IMG/VR virus record: IMGVR_UViG_3300032007_001727
DNA length: 64,000 nt
Source: a virus
Taxonomy: Duplodnaviria > Caudoviricetes
Reading direction: 5' to 3' (one strand)
Within the stretch, counting starts at the first letter, position 1, and the number at the start of each line of letters is the position of its first letter. Position numbers and translations under genes: made by a program. Shown here in pieces: positions 41,483 through 50,512 of this stretch. Below the pieces are notes generated by a model. It was not told the origin of the DNA. It saw only the letters and a program-made list of their open reading frames with translations, and made no database searches.

Positions 41483-43825
41483 ATGTCTAAAGGTTTATAT
41501 TACTACAAACTTGTGAGTGAATATCCTGATGATATCACCAAGAACTGTAAGTTAACTATTAATGAGATTGATTCTAACTTCAAATCTCTTAAAGATGAAG
41601 ATATTAAGAGTGCGGAGTTTGATAGGGACACTAAGTCGTTGATTCTTACCAAGAATGACGGTGAGAGACTTATTGTTGTCTTAAATGACATTGCCTATAA
41701 TCTTAATGTTGACACAGAGTGCGGTGAAAGCGGAATCACTCTTAGCATAGCCTACGATGGTGAGTACGGCGAAAAGGAATTTAAGATTACCAATATTGTT
41801 ACGGCTGACAAACTTATGGACCTCATCGGTGAAAACATCATGACAAGGGTTATCACCGACGGAACTTTAAAGGGTGACGGTACAATGGCGCATCCTCTTG
41901 GTATCAACGGTACCGAGAAGACCGGCATGTATGCTCCGGTCAAGGCAAAGATTGACTTGACTAGCGGCGGCAAGTTACCTTCTGTTGCAAAGTTGGGTAC
42001 TAGGTATGTAACCGTGGAATATGTTAATGACTACGGTTATCTGTATAACGGTAACGGCTTAAGGAAAATCCAACACAATCTCGCAGAGGAAGGAAAGGGT
42101 TGGCGTGTTCCTAGCAAGGCAGATTGGGACGCTTTATTGGATTCAATCGAACCTTGCAGAGAATTTAGGAACCACACTAGCGCAAAGTGTCACGTTGAGT
42201 TGGGTAAGTTGGCCGGAAAGTATCTCAAGTCTGAGTGCGGATGGTTAGGTCAAGAAGAGTGCACTTGTGCACCGACGGCACCTACGACGGGTTGCTCGTT
42301 CCCCGATACGACGGATTGTGGAACAACTGATGACTACATCAATGACCCTACATCCGAATATCCAACGGACAAGCCAATATCACCTAGTGGCGTTGACAAG
42401 TTCGGCATGACCGTCCTTCCAAGCGGTATGGTCGGTTTGGATGCCTATGGAAGACCACAAGCAGATGCCTTCAAGTCTCAGTCCTTCTTTTGGACCACAA
42501 CCCATGTTCACGGAGACGTTGACCAAGACAAGTATATTAAGGTCTTCTCCTTCAAGAAGAGCGGTGTGGTACAAGAGGCACAATGTCCGGAACCATTCTA
42601 TAGTGTAAGGTTGGTAAAGGATTATGACGGTTGCAACTATTTCGACACCGAGTATGTTGACGGAGTACCTTATAAGACGATATTGTTCCCGGAGACTAGG
42701 CAGATTTGGCTTGCTAGCAACTATGCCAAGAAGGAAGGCTTCATAATGGCAGACGGTTCTAGTGAGGATGCTGAGGTTGCAGAGGTTAATAACGGCGAGG
42801 TAATGGGCAACAGAAAGGCTCTGTTCTTGAATGAATGGAACGGTCACTATTGGGAAAAGAAGCAGATGAACGAAGGTGACACCGTAGTTGTCCAAGACCC
42901 TTGTGGCGAAACGGAGACTAGGGAGATTACCTATTGTTGGAAGACAAAATTCAATACCACCGAAAGCGGTGACACGGATTTCCCGGTTGATGACACGGAA
43001 CCACTTAACGATACGGAGTGTGAGACAATCACGATTGAGCGTGAGGCACAGCACAACGTGGAATATAGGGTTTATACCGAGGACGGGTGTAACCAAGACT
43101 TGTACAACACCGATGACTTGGTAATCGAGAGGATATTGAGGCTCATCCTTCCTATTATCATAAAGGAAAAGGAGGAGAGAATATCCGCAGATACCGAGAT
43201 ATGGGAGGCAATCGAGCAAGAGATACACGACAGAGAGAGTGCCGATGAAGAGTTGAGGGAAGCAATCGAGGCTGAAGCAGAGGCTAGGGAAAATGCCGAC
43301 AATGAGTTGAGGGACGAAATCAATGCCGAGGCAGAGACTAGGGCAGCAGAAGACAATAGGCTAGAGAGAATGATTGAAGATGTGTCCGGTGCTACCGAAG
43401 ACTTATGGGAGGCTTTGAACCATGAAATCGATAGGGCAATCAGTGCAGAAACGGCATTAGGTGTTCAGATTGACCGTGAGACTGAAAGGGCAATAATGGC
43501 CGAGACTGCTCTCGACGAGAAGATTGACGCAGAGACCGCTAGGGCAACAAACGCCGAGGAGGCACTTGATGACAAGATTGATGACGAGATTGAGCGAGCA
43601 AAAGAAAGAGAAGATGAAATCGACCTCAAGGTTGACGAAGAAATTGTTAGGGCAACCGAAAGAGAAGATGAAATCGAAGGCAAGTTAATCGACCCGTCAA
43701 AGAACCCATACACTTTAACCGCAGTTTCAGAAAGGGACGGCTTCAACCTAGTTCTTGAATCTAGGGATGGTAATGAGGAAAATTACATCAAGATTAAGTT
43801 TGATGGTAATTTTGGTGTAATTTAA
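41483..43825 (+). CDS. virion protein with Fib_succ_major (FISUMP)-like domain and coiled-coil repeats
   Basis: YGYLYNG, GWRVPSKADWDAL, AGKYLKS..GW, DKFGMTVLPSG, FFWTTT, YSVRLVKD. Confidence 0.75.
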   Translation: MSKGLYYYKLVSEYPDDITKNCKLTINEIDSNFKSLKDEDIKSAEFDRDTKSLILTKNDGERLIVVLNDIAYNLNVDTECGESGITLSIAYDGEYGEKEFKITNIVTADKLMDLIGENIMTRVITDGTLKGDGTMAHPLGINGTEKTGMYAPVKAKIDLTSGGKLPSVAKLGTRYVTVEYVNDYGYLYNGNGLRKIQHNLAEEGKGWRVPSKADWDALLDSIEPCREFRNHTSAKCHVELGKLAGKYLKSECGWLGQEECTCAPTAPTTGCSFPDTTDCGTTDDYINDPTSEYPTDKPISPSGVDKFGMTVLPSGMVGLDAYGRPQADAFKSQSFFWTTTHVHGDVDQDKYIKVFSFKKSGVVQEAQCPEPFYSVRLVKDYDGCNYFDTEYVDGVPYKTILFPETRQIWLASNYAKKEGFIMADGSSEDAEVAEVNNGEVMGNRKALFLNEWNGHYWEKKQMNEGDTVVVQDPCGETETREITYCWKTKFNTTESGDTDFPVDDTEPLNDTECETITIEREAQHNVEYRVYTEDGCNQDLYNTDDLVIERILRLILPIIIKEKEERISADTEIWEAIEQEIHDRESADEELREAIEAEAEARENADNELRDEINAEAETRAAEDNRLERMIEDVSGATEDLWEALNHEIDRAISAETALGVQIDRETERAIMAETALDEKIDAETARATNAEEALDDKIDDEIERAKEREDEIDLKVDEEIVRATEREDEIEGKLIDPSKNPYTLTAVSERDGFNLVLESRDGNEENYIKIKFDGNFGVI

Positions 43826-43856
43826 TAATTTTTTGAAATTAATATATTGATATACA

Positions 43857-46800
43857 ATGGATAATAGATTACAAATTAGACACCACGGTATCGGAAGTGG
43901 CTACACTTCCGTAGATGGTGTATTTGAGACTAGACAAGAGGCTATCGAGTACATTTACAGTCAGATTAGATTCGCTGACAGTGGTTTAGCCTTTGAGGAC
44001 AAGTCCTTCGGATTTTCATTGTATGGTGAACCAACCGTGCTTAGGTATAAGAATGAGGAAGACGAGACCGACCCACACGTAATACTTGCAATTGGTTCCT
44101 ATACGAATGAGGGTTCTCAGTACAATGATAACCGCTTCTGTATTATCGACATTGACAAGACAGAGTCGGAGATAGCAGAACTTTGGGATGAGATTGAGAG
44201 GATAACTAGCGGCTTGACTATTTTCACAAAGGACAGCAATACCTTGAAACTCTACACCGAGAGGACAGAGAGTGGTACGACATTGAGCGGTGATGTACAA
44301 CTTGCATCATCCGTATATTTCGATGACTACCGTAGAAACAACATAATCCTTAACACAGAGAACGGACTGTTTACATTCGTTGACATGAGTTATGACGATG
44401 AGAACGAGAAGATGACCTTCGTCGTTAACGGCACCGTCAAGGAGTGGAACATCAACAACAACTATTTGGTTAGGGGTTATTACAGCAAGAGAGACGAGTC
44501 GCTGCACCTTATTAATAAGGATGAGAGTGAAATCGTTGTATCTCTTGAGAATCTTATAGACGAATGGGGTGTTGAAGGTGAAGCATCCACCACACCTATT
44601 GTTCTCACTAGGGAAGAGGTTGGCTACGGCGATAATTCCTCGCACAACCATGTTGAGCCTTGGCAAGACGTTCTTAAGGCTGACATAAGGTTGGCAGACC
44701 GTAAATACAACATCCTAAAGAAGACAAGTGACGGAAGATACCTCTATGTTGACGGACTTGCAAAGAACATTACGTTCTTCAAGAACGGTGAGGAAATCAA
44801 CGTTCAAGACGCATTGAGCGAGGTTGACAAGGGTATATCTACCGATAGCACGAATATCATATACGAGAAGGCTGACGGTTATTATGCAACCGCGAAGTTG
44901 GATTATGTAAGTCGTGAAAACAAACTCGTATTCACATCTTCGAACTATACCGGCGGAACCTCCGTAAATGAGATTCAACTCAATTCTGTAGAGGTATTCA
45001 AGAAGGTTTACTACGACCCTGTGACCGAAAGTCTTATCATATTATATGTTGACGGTAACGGCGAACTTCAAGAGGTTGTAATTCCAATCGGCGAAATGAT
45101 GACTGATTGGGAATGGGACATTCAGAACGAGGGTCACAACGTGAAACTCCACAAGCAGAGGGTTGTTGCCGGTAATGACAAGGTTTCTGCCGACGTTGCA
45201 CTCTATAGCGCAGATGACAACATATTGGTGGATAGAAACCATGAGTTATATGTCAAGGGTGATGCAACCAACATTAAGTACGGCACTGAGTCTACCGTTG
45301 ATGACGAGTTGGACAAACTCAACGACTTTGCTGTTACCACTAGTGCAAAGGTGAATGAGTTAAGCGGCAAGGTCGATACTGTAACAACCGCGTTGGAGAA
45401 TGAGGTTTCACGCGCAACTTCTGCTGAGACTAGGATTGAGTCTAGGATTAGCGATGAAATCTCTAGGTCTACCTCAAAGGATGTTGAACATGACCGCGCA
45501 ATCGAGACCATTCAGCAGACCATAGGAAACGGATTCAGCACGGACGGTCACGAAACCGTTACATACAAGTTCAACGAACTTTCCGCCAATACGAATTCAC
45601 TGTCGGCAAAGACTGACATGTTGGCTTCAAACTTGGCATTGGTTTCGGCGAATACCGAGGCAGAGGTAGTTAGGGCAACGGCTGAAGAGCAGAGAATCGA
45701 GAAGAAATTCGACGATGAGTTGGGTGACGGCTTCAATATCCGCAATACCGTAAGGGACGAGTTTGACAGAGAAAGAGGCGATAGGATTGCCGAAGACATC
45801 AGACTTCAGACCGAGATTGAGGAAATTAGTGCTAGCACTAGCGGAAAACTAATCGACATTAATGCAACCGACAGTTCAATCGGTATTGACAAGACCGATG
45901 CCACTAAGCCTAGCATTAAAGTTAATCTCAGTACTGAGATAGAGGACAACAAGCCGAATATAATTAAAGTAAACAGTGACGGCTTGTATGCCGGTGTTGA
46001 CCTCGATTACTACTTTGAATCCGGTACTAGCAAGAATGTGCTCGTATTCAAGACAACCAACCAAACAAAGGTGTTTGACTTGAAGACCAATTCTGTTGTT
46101 GACAAGATTTACTATGATGCCACAAGGGAAGCCATCATCATAGAATATACCGTCAACGGACACAGAATGCCGGATGTTGTAATACCGGTTGGCGACTTAA
46201 TAGATGAATGGAGGCCTTCTGAAAGCACTGACGGTGCCATCAGACTCACAAAGACGAGGGAAAGCGGTGCAACCCAAGATGTCCTCTATGCCGAATCGAT
46301 TATATCGAACCATAGTGACAACATCTTGGTTAATGACCACGGTGCATTATATGTATCCGGTTCTCAGATAGAGCAGAACAAGACTGATATCAACGCACTC
46401 AAGGGTAGGATGACAACAGCCGAGAACAATATCTCGAATGAAGTCACCACAAGACAGTCTGAAATCTCTAGGATTGAAAACTTGGTTCACGCAGAGGAAG
46501 ACCGCGCAACAACCGCCGAGAACGCCATAGCAAACGACCTCAACGTTGAGGAGATTGCAAGGGCCAACGGCGATACCGCACTTTCTCAGTTGATAGAGCA
46601 AGAGGCAACTAACCGTGAAAACGCAGACACGCAGTTGCAGACCAACATCAATTCAGAGGCAACCACTAGGGCAAACGAGGACTCTAGGATTGAGGCAAAA
46701 CTCGACCAAGAGATTTCCCGTTCAACCGCAAAGGATACGGAGCATGACAGCAAGATTGCCGAAGAGGTTCAGAGGGCAAGGGATGCAGAGCATACCATCA

Positions 46801-48545
46801 GAGAGGCTTTGACGCAAGAGGGTGCTGACAGAAGAGAAGGTGATTCTAACTTGCAGAGTCAGTTGAACTCTAATGTTGAGAGAATCGACGGTGAATTGGA
46901 TTCCTTGGACATCAAGATTGCCAACGAGAAGGAGGCAAGAATGACAGAGGATGAGAAGATTTGGGCCAAGATTAGGCCGGTTGAATACTTCAACACGACA
47001 ACAATACACGTTGACAGAGTGAGAAACAGCGGAGAGACACCGGATGAAATCAGAAACAGTGTCATTGTTGCCAACGCATCCAATAATATCATCAAGGTTG
47101 ATAACGCTCGTGGAGGCATTTACTCGACAGTGTCGTTGGGCTATGACGGTCCGGCAAACATATTGAGTGTATATGACGGTATCGGAGAGGACAAGAGACT
47201 GCTGAATTCCGTTCAGTTAGGTCCGGGTTCCATCATCAAGGACATTTCGTATAACTATGCCGAGAAAACTCTTGTCGTGACCTATCAGAGAGCAGGCGAG
47301 ACCGGTGATACTACAATGAACTTCCCGGTGGCAGACTTGTTCAATGAATGGGATGTCGAAAACAAGAGCGAGGGTAGTGCACTTGAACTCCATAAGGTAA
47401 GTCAGACCACCGAGACCGGTACGGTTGACAAACTTTGGGGCCGAGTTCTCTTATCCGGCTCAATCCTTCCGGACGGAACCATTGACTATGGTGACAATAT
47501 CATCCGGATAGTCAACAACGGACTCTATGCAAGCGGTTCCGCCATTACAGAGGCCATGGAAGAGGCTGTTTGTACTAGGAATGAACTTAGGGTGATTGAG
47601 ACCGCAGTACTTGGCAATGACTTGAGCGAGGGTTATATCTGCGGAAGCGGATACACTTATCCAAAGTACGAAAGCGCTTGTTTCATCAATGCCGCAAATT
47701 CCATGTATGAGGCAGACCAAATACTCGATAGGTACTTGTGTTCCGCACATACTAGGATAGATGAGGTTGAGCAAGACTTGGATTGTTTGGACAAGGATTT
47801 GAAGATTACCCAACAGAATGTCCTTGGCATCACCATTCCGGAGTGTGGCTTGAACGGTGACGGCACACCATTCAGATACAAGGCACACGTTAATGCTTGT
47901 ATCATAAGCGCTGCAACTAGCATGGATGAGGCCGACCTTCTCCTTAACGATGCCCTCTGTGAGGTTTCCGGAGAATTCTCTTGCTTCCGTGAAGAGGCAA
48001 AGAAGGTCGAAGAGGTCTTGGGTGTAGTAGGTAACTGTGATACTCCTATACCATATCCAAGGACTGAGGGATGTCTTCTTTCGAGCGCAAGGACGTTTGC
48101 AGAAGCCGACAGAATCATGGAATCTGCAATCTGTGACATCAAGAGCATGTTGGTTGGAAGTGAATCTCCAACCATATCACTTAAGATTGTCGAAGAGGGT
48201 CTTAACAAGTACCTCGAAGCATCCGCAAGGCTTTCGCACGGTAACGAAGTCGGCAAGTGGCAGACAGACCAAGAACTCACAATCACCGACTATACCGGTG
48301 CTGAGATTGAACCTAATCAGCATGAGTTCACGGACACCAATGTCTTGAGGGTAGTTGACTTGACATCACAAGACATGAGACCGGATTCAAACTTCAACGG
48401 CTTATATCTGAGCAATGTGTGGGATTGCGGCCAATACACACTAAACGGCAGCGGAACACCATATGAGAAATATAAGACAGATGAAAGTGCTACGGCTCAG
48501 AATTTCTTTGACCGGAAATTCAGAAACGGTGTAAGATACCAATAG
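43857..48545 (+). CDS. giant fibre-like virion protein (1562 aa)
   Basis: Repeated YD...I.I.Y..NG....V.IPVGDLI.EW modules and coiled coils; stop codon completed by the IS end. Confidence 0.7.
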   Translation: MDNRLQIRHHGIGSGYTSVDGVFETRQEAIEYIYSQIRFADSGLAFEDKSFGFSLYGEPTVLRYKNEEDETDPHVILAIGSYTNEGSQYNDNRFCIIDIDKTESEIAELWDEIERITSGLTIFTKDSNTLKLYTERTESGTTLSGDVQLASSVYFDDYRRNNIILNTENGLFTFVDMSYDDENEKMTFVVNGTVKEWNINNNYLVRGYYSKRDESLHLINKDESEIVVSLENLIDEWGVEGEASTTPIVLTREEVGYGDNSSHNHVEPWQDVLKADIRLADRKYNILKKTSDGRYLYVDGLAKNITFFKNGEEINVQDALSEVDKGISTDSTNIIYEKADGYYATAKLDYVSRENKLVFTSSNYTGGTSVNEIQLNSVEVFKKVYYDPVTESLIILYVDGNGELQEVVIPIGEMMTDWEWDIQNEGHNVKLHKQRVVAGNDKVSADVALYSADDNILVDRNHELYVKGDATNIKYGTESTVDDELDKLNDFAVTTSAKVNELSGKVDTVTTALENEVSRATSAETRIESRISDEISRSTSKDVEHDRAIETIQQTIGNGFSTDGHETVTYKFNELSANTNSLSAKTDMLASNLALVSANTEAEVVRATAEEQRIEKKFDDELGDGFNIRNTVRDEFDRERGDRIAEDIRLQTEIEEISASTSGKLIDINATDSSIGIDKTDATKPSIKVNLSTEIEDNKPNIIKVNSDGLYAGVDLDYYFESGTSKNVLVFKTTNQTKVFDLKTNSVVDKIYYDATREAIIIEYTVNGHRMPDVVIPVGDLIDEWRPSESTDGAIRLTKTRESGATQDVLYAESIISNHSDNILVNDHGALYVSGSQIEQNKTDINALKGRMTTAENNISNEVTTRQSEISRIENLVHAEEDRATTAENAIANDLNVEEIARANGDTALSQLIEQEATNRENADTQLQTNINSEATTRANEDSRIEAKLDQEISRSTAKDTEHDSKIAEEVQRARDAEHTIREALTQEGADRREGDSNLQSQLNSNVERIDGELDSLDIKIANEKEARMTEDEKIWAKIRPVEYFNTTTIHVDRVRNSGETPDEIRNSVIVANASNNIIKVDNARGGIYSTVSLGYDGPANILSVYDGIGEDKRLLNSVQLGPGSIIKDISYNYAEKTLVVTYQRAGETGDTTMNFPVADLFNEWDVENKSEGSALELHKVSQTTETGTVDKLWGRVLLSGSILPDGTIDYGDNIIRIVNNGLYASGSAITEAMEEAVCTRNELRVIETAVLGNDLSEGYICGSGYTYPKYESACFINAANSMYEADQILDRYLCSAHTRIDEVEQDLDCLDKDLKITQQNVLGITIPECGLNGDGTPFRYKAHVNACIISAATSMDEADLLLNDALCEVSGEFSCFREEAKKVEEVLGVVGNCDTPIPYPRTEGCLLSSARTFAEADRIMESAICDIKSMLVGSESPTISLKIVEEGLNKYLEASARLSHGNEVGKWQTDQELTITDYTGAEIEPNQHEFTDTNVLRVVDLTSQDMRPDSNFNGLYLSNVWDCGQYTLNGSGTPYEKYKTDESATAQNFFDRKFRNGVRYQ

Positions 48546-48658
48546 GCAATAATATAGCAGTTGGCACAACAAATATTAAAATGCAGTCAGAAATGGCTGC
48601 ATTTTCTGTTTATTATGATATTTATTGTAAAAATAATGAAATAAACACATATTATAAT

Positions 48659-49009
48659 ATGAATAAGAAATTAATTAGATTAACAGAAAGTGACCTTCAC
48701 AGAATCGTGAAAGAGTCGGTTAGTAGGCTATTAAAGGAGTCAATAGACAAGACTTATATCACATATGATGGGATAAATTTGTCACTTTCTATGAATGGTG
48801 AGGATATGTATATTGAATATAATGAAAATAACAAATGGATTCTTGCTGGATATCATGCTAACGAAAAATTGTGGGTTGTTCAAGAAAATCTTGACCCCGA
48901 AATGGTTGGTGATGGTGAAGATGACATAATATATATTGCTGAGACTAAAAGTATGCCGGAAGCATTAAGCAAATTATCACAATATATTAAATATACAACA
49001 AACCGATAA
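48659..49009 (+). CDS. RLTESDLHRIVKESV-leader protein (putative internal head protein), IS cargo
   Basis: ATG 48659; promoter/UTR/leader DNA homologous to 10371-10490. Confidence 0.7.
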   Translation: MNKKLIRLTESDLHRIVKESVSRLLKESIDKTYITYDGINLSLSMNGEDMYIEYNENNKWILAGYHANEKLWVVQENLDPEMVGDGEDDIIYIAETKSMPEALSKLSQYIKYTTNR

Positions 49010-49024
49010 ATGGATATTAAGCAG

Positions 49025-49126
49025 TCATTTCTTAACAAGTCCGATGGACTTGTCGAACGTATCCTCAAAGCGTTCCAATTGGAACGCTTTTCTTGTATTC
49101 CAACGGTACACAGCCTCGTCAATGTA
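49025..49126 (-). pseudogene. C-terminal remnant of an IS1595-family DDE transposase
   Basis: YIDEAVYRWNTRKAFQLERFEDTFDKSIGLVKK* matches the IS1595 Y.DE..(F/Y)R.N.R motif. Confidence 0.7.
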
Positions 49127-49206
49127 CTAGTGAAAAAAAAGTTTCATTAAAAACAGTACTTTTTAATCCAATGTGATATTTATTAGTAAAGAAACTGATA
49201 AATACT

Positions 49207-50334
49207 ATGTTAAAAGCCTACAAATATAAGATAAAACCAAACCAACAGCAAGAGGAACTTTTGTCAAAGTTCTTCGGTTGTGTGCGCTATATCTATAATT
49301 GGGGCTTAAATGCAAAAACAAGTGCTTACAAGGAAAATGGTAAGGCAATCAACTATCTGCAACTTGCAAAGGAATTAACATCATTAAAGCAACAACAAGA
49401 CCATGAATGGCTCAATGAATGTACAACAGAGGCATTGCAACAGTCGCTCAGAAGTCTTGACAATGCTTTCACAGCATTTTTCCGAAAGAAAGCAAAGTAC
49501 CCAAGATTCAAGTCAAAGAAACGCACAAAGAACTCTGTGAAGTTCATAAAATCAGTACATTTTGACTTTGAGAATTGGAAGGTTAAACTGCCAAAGTTGG
49601 GATGGATTAAGTTGTGCAAGAACAAGACATTTAACCAAAGCATTTGCAAACAAGGCACTTGTACCGTATCAAGAGACCATTGCGGAACATATTGGTGCGT
49701 AATAACGGTTGATGATTTGCAGCCAAAACCAACGAAAGCCAAGTTGGTTAAGGATAATGCAATTGGAATCGACCTTGGCATCAAGGACTACGCAATACTA
49801 TCAGATGGAACAAAGTTCGCCAACCCAAAGCATCTTGAACAAGCGCAGAGGAATCTTGCTCACTTGCAGAGGGTATTTGCAAGAAAGGGCAAGGATTCCA
49901 AGAATCACGAAAGCATGAGAGTAAAGGTTGCAAAGTGCTACAGAAGCATCACCAATCGAAGGAATGACTTTTTGCATAAGTTATCAACTTATCTTGTAAG
50001 AAACTACGATGTAATTTGCCTTGAAGATTTGAATGTAAAGGGGATGGAACAGAACCATCACCTTGCAAGGGCAATCCAAGATGCGGCTTGGGGTGAGTTT
50101 GTTAGACAACTTGAGTACAAGTCTGAATGGTATGGTAAAAACATACTATTTATAGGTAGGTTTGAGCCAAGCAGCAAGTTATGTCACAAGTGCGGTTACA
50201 TCAACCAAGAGTTGAAACTATCAGATAGAGAGTGGATATGCCCACAATGTGGTGAACATCTTGACAGAGACGTTAACGCTGCGATGAACATCAAGGAGAT
50301 TGCTTTTGATAAGCAGAACCTTGTCGGAGTTTAA
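49207..50334 (+). CDS. tnpB: IS200/IS605-family RNA-guided endonuclease TnpB, catalytic residues intact
   Basis: KAYKYKIKP..Q...FGCVRYIYN; RuvC GIDLGIK, CLEDLNVKGM, DRDVNAAMNI; CHKC/CPQC zinc finger. Confidence 0.93.
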   Translation: MLKAYKYKIKPNQQQEELLSKFFGCVRYIYNWGLNAKTSAYKENGKAINYLQLAKELTSLKQQQDHEWLNECTTEALQQSLRSLDNAFTAFFRKKAKYPRFKSKKRTKNSVKFIKSVHFDFENWKVKLPKLGWIKLCKNKTFNQSICKQGTCTVSRDHCGTYWCVITVDDLQPKPTKAKLVKDNAIGIDLGIKDYAILSDGTKFANPKHLEQAQRNLAHLQRVFARKGKDSKNHESMRVKVAKCYRSITNRRNDFLHKLSTYLVRNYDVICLEDLNVKGMEQNHHLARAIQDAAWGEFVRQLEYKSEWYGKNILFIGRFEPSSKLCHKCGYINQELKLSDREWICPQCGEHLDRDVNAAMNIKEIAFDKQNLVGV

Positions 50335-50430
50335 AGAGAAATAAAAGCCCATTGGCAAGTGGGTATAGAGGCTGTAGAGGGAAGAGGTTACGAACCCAAT
50401 GAAGCAGCAAGATAGATGGAGTGTTAGGTG
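50300..50430 (+). ncRNA. putative TnpB omegaRNA (reRNA) 3' region
   Basis: Stems GCCCAT/GTGGGT and GCTGT..GGG/CCC..GCAGC directly after tnpB; boundaries uncertain. Confidence 0.5.
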
Positions 50431-50477
50431 TTTGTGCCAACTTCTATATCATTGCCTACCAATAACTCTTAAATATG

Positions 50478-50512
50478 AAAAAGGTGACCATTTAATTTGG
50501 TCACCTTTTTTT
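50478..50512. terminator. bidirectional terminator, similar to 57988-58024
   Basis: AAAAGGTGACCA-TTTAATT-TGGTCACCTTTT. Confidence 0.7.

Larger units (their letters stand above)
48545..50456. mobile_element. non-autonomous IS1595-family element with cargo (25-bp TIRs, 8-bp TSD TACCAATA)
   Basis: GGCAATAATATAGCAGTTGGCACAA (48545-48569) vs reverse complement of TTGTGCCAACTTCTATATCATTGCC (50432-50456), 23/25 identical; TACCAATA at 48537-48544 and 50457-50464; transposase remnant inside. Confidence 0.85.
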
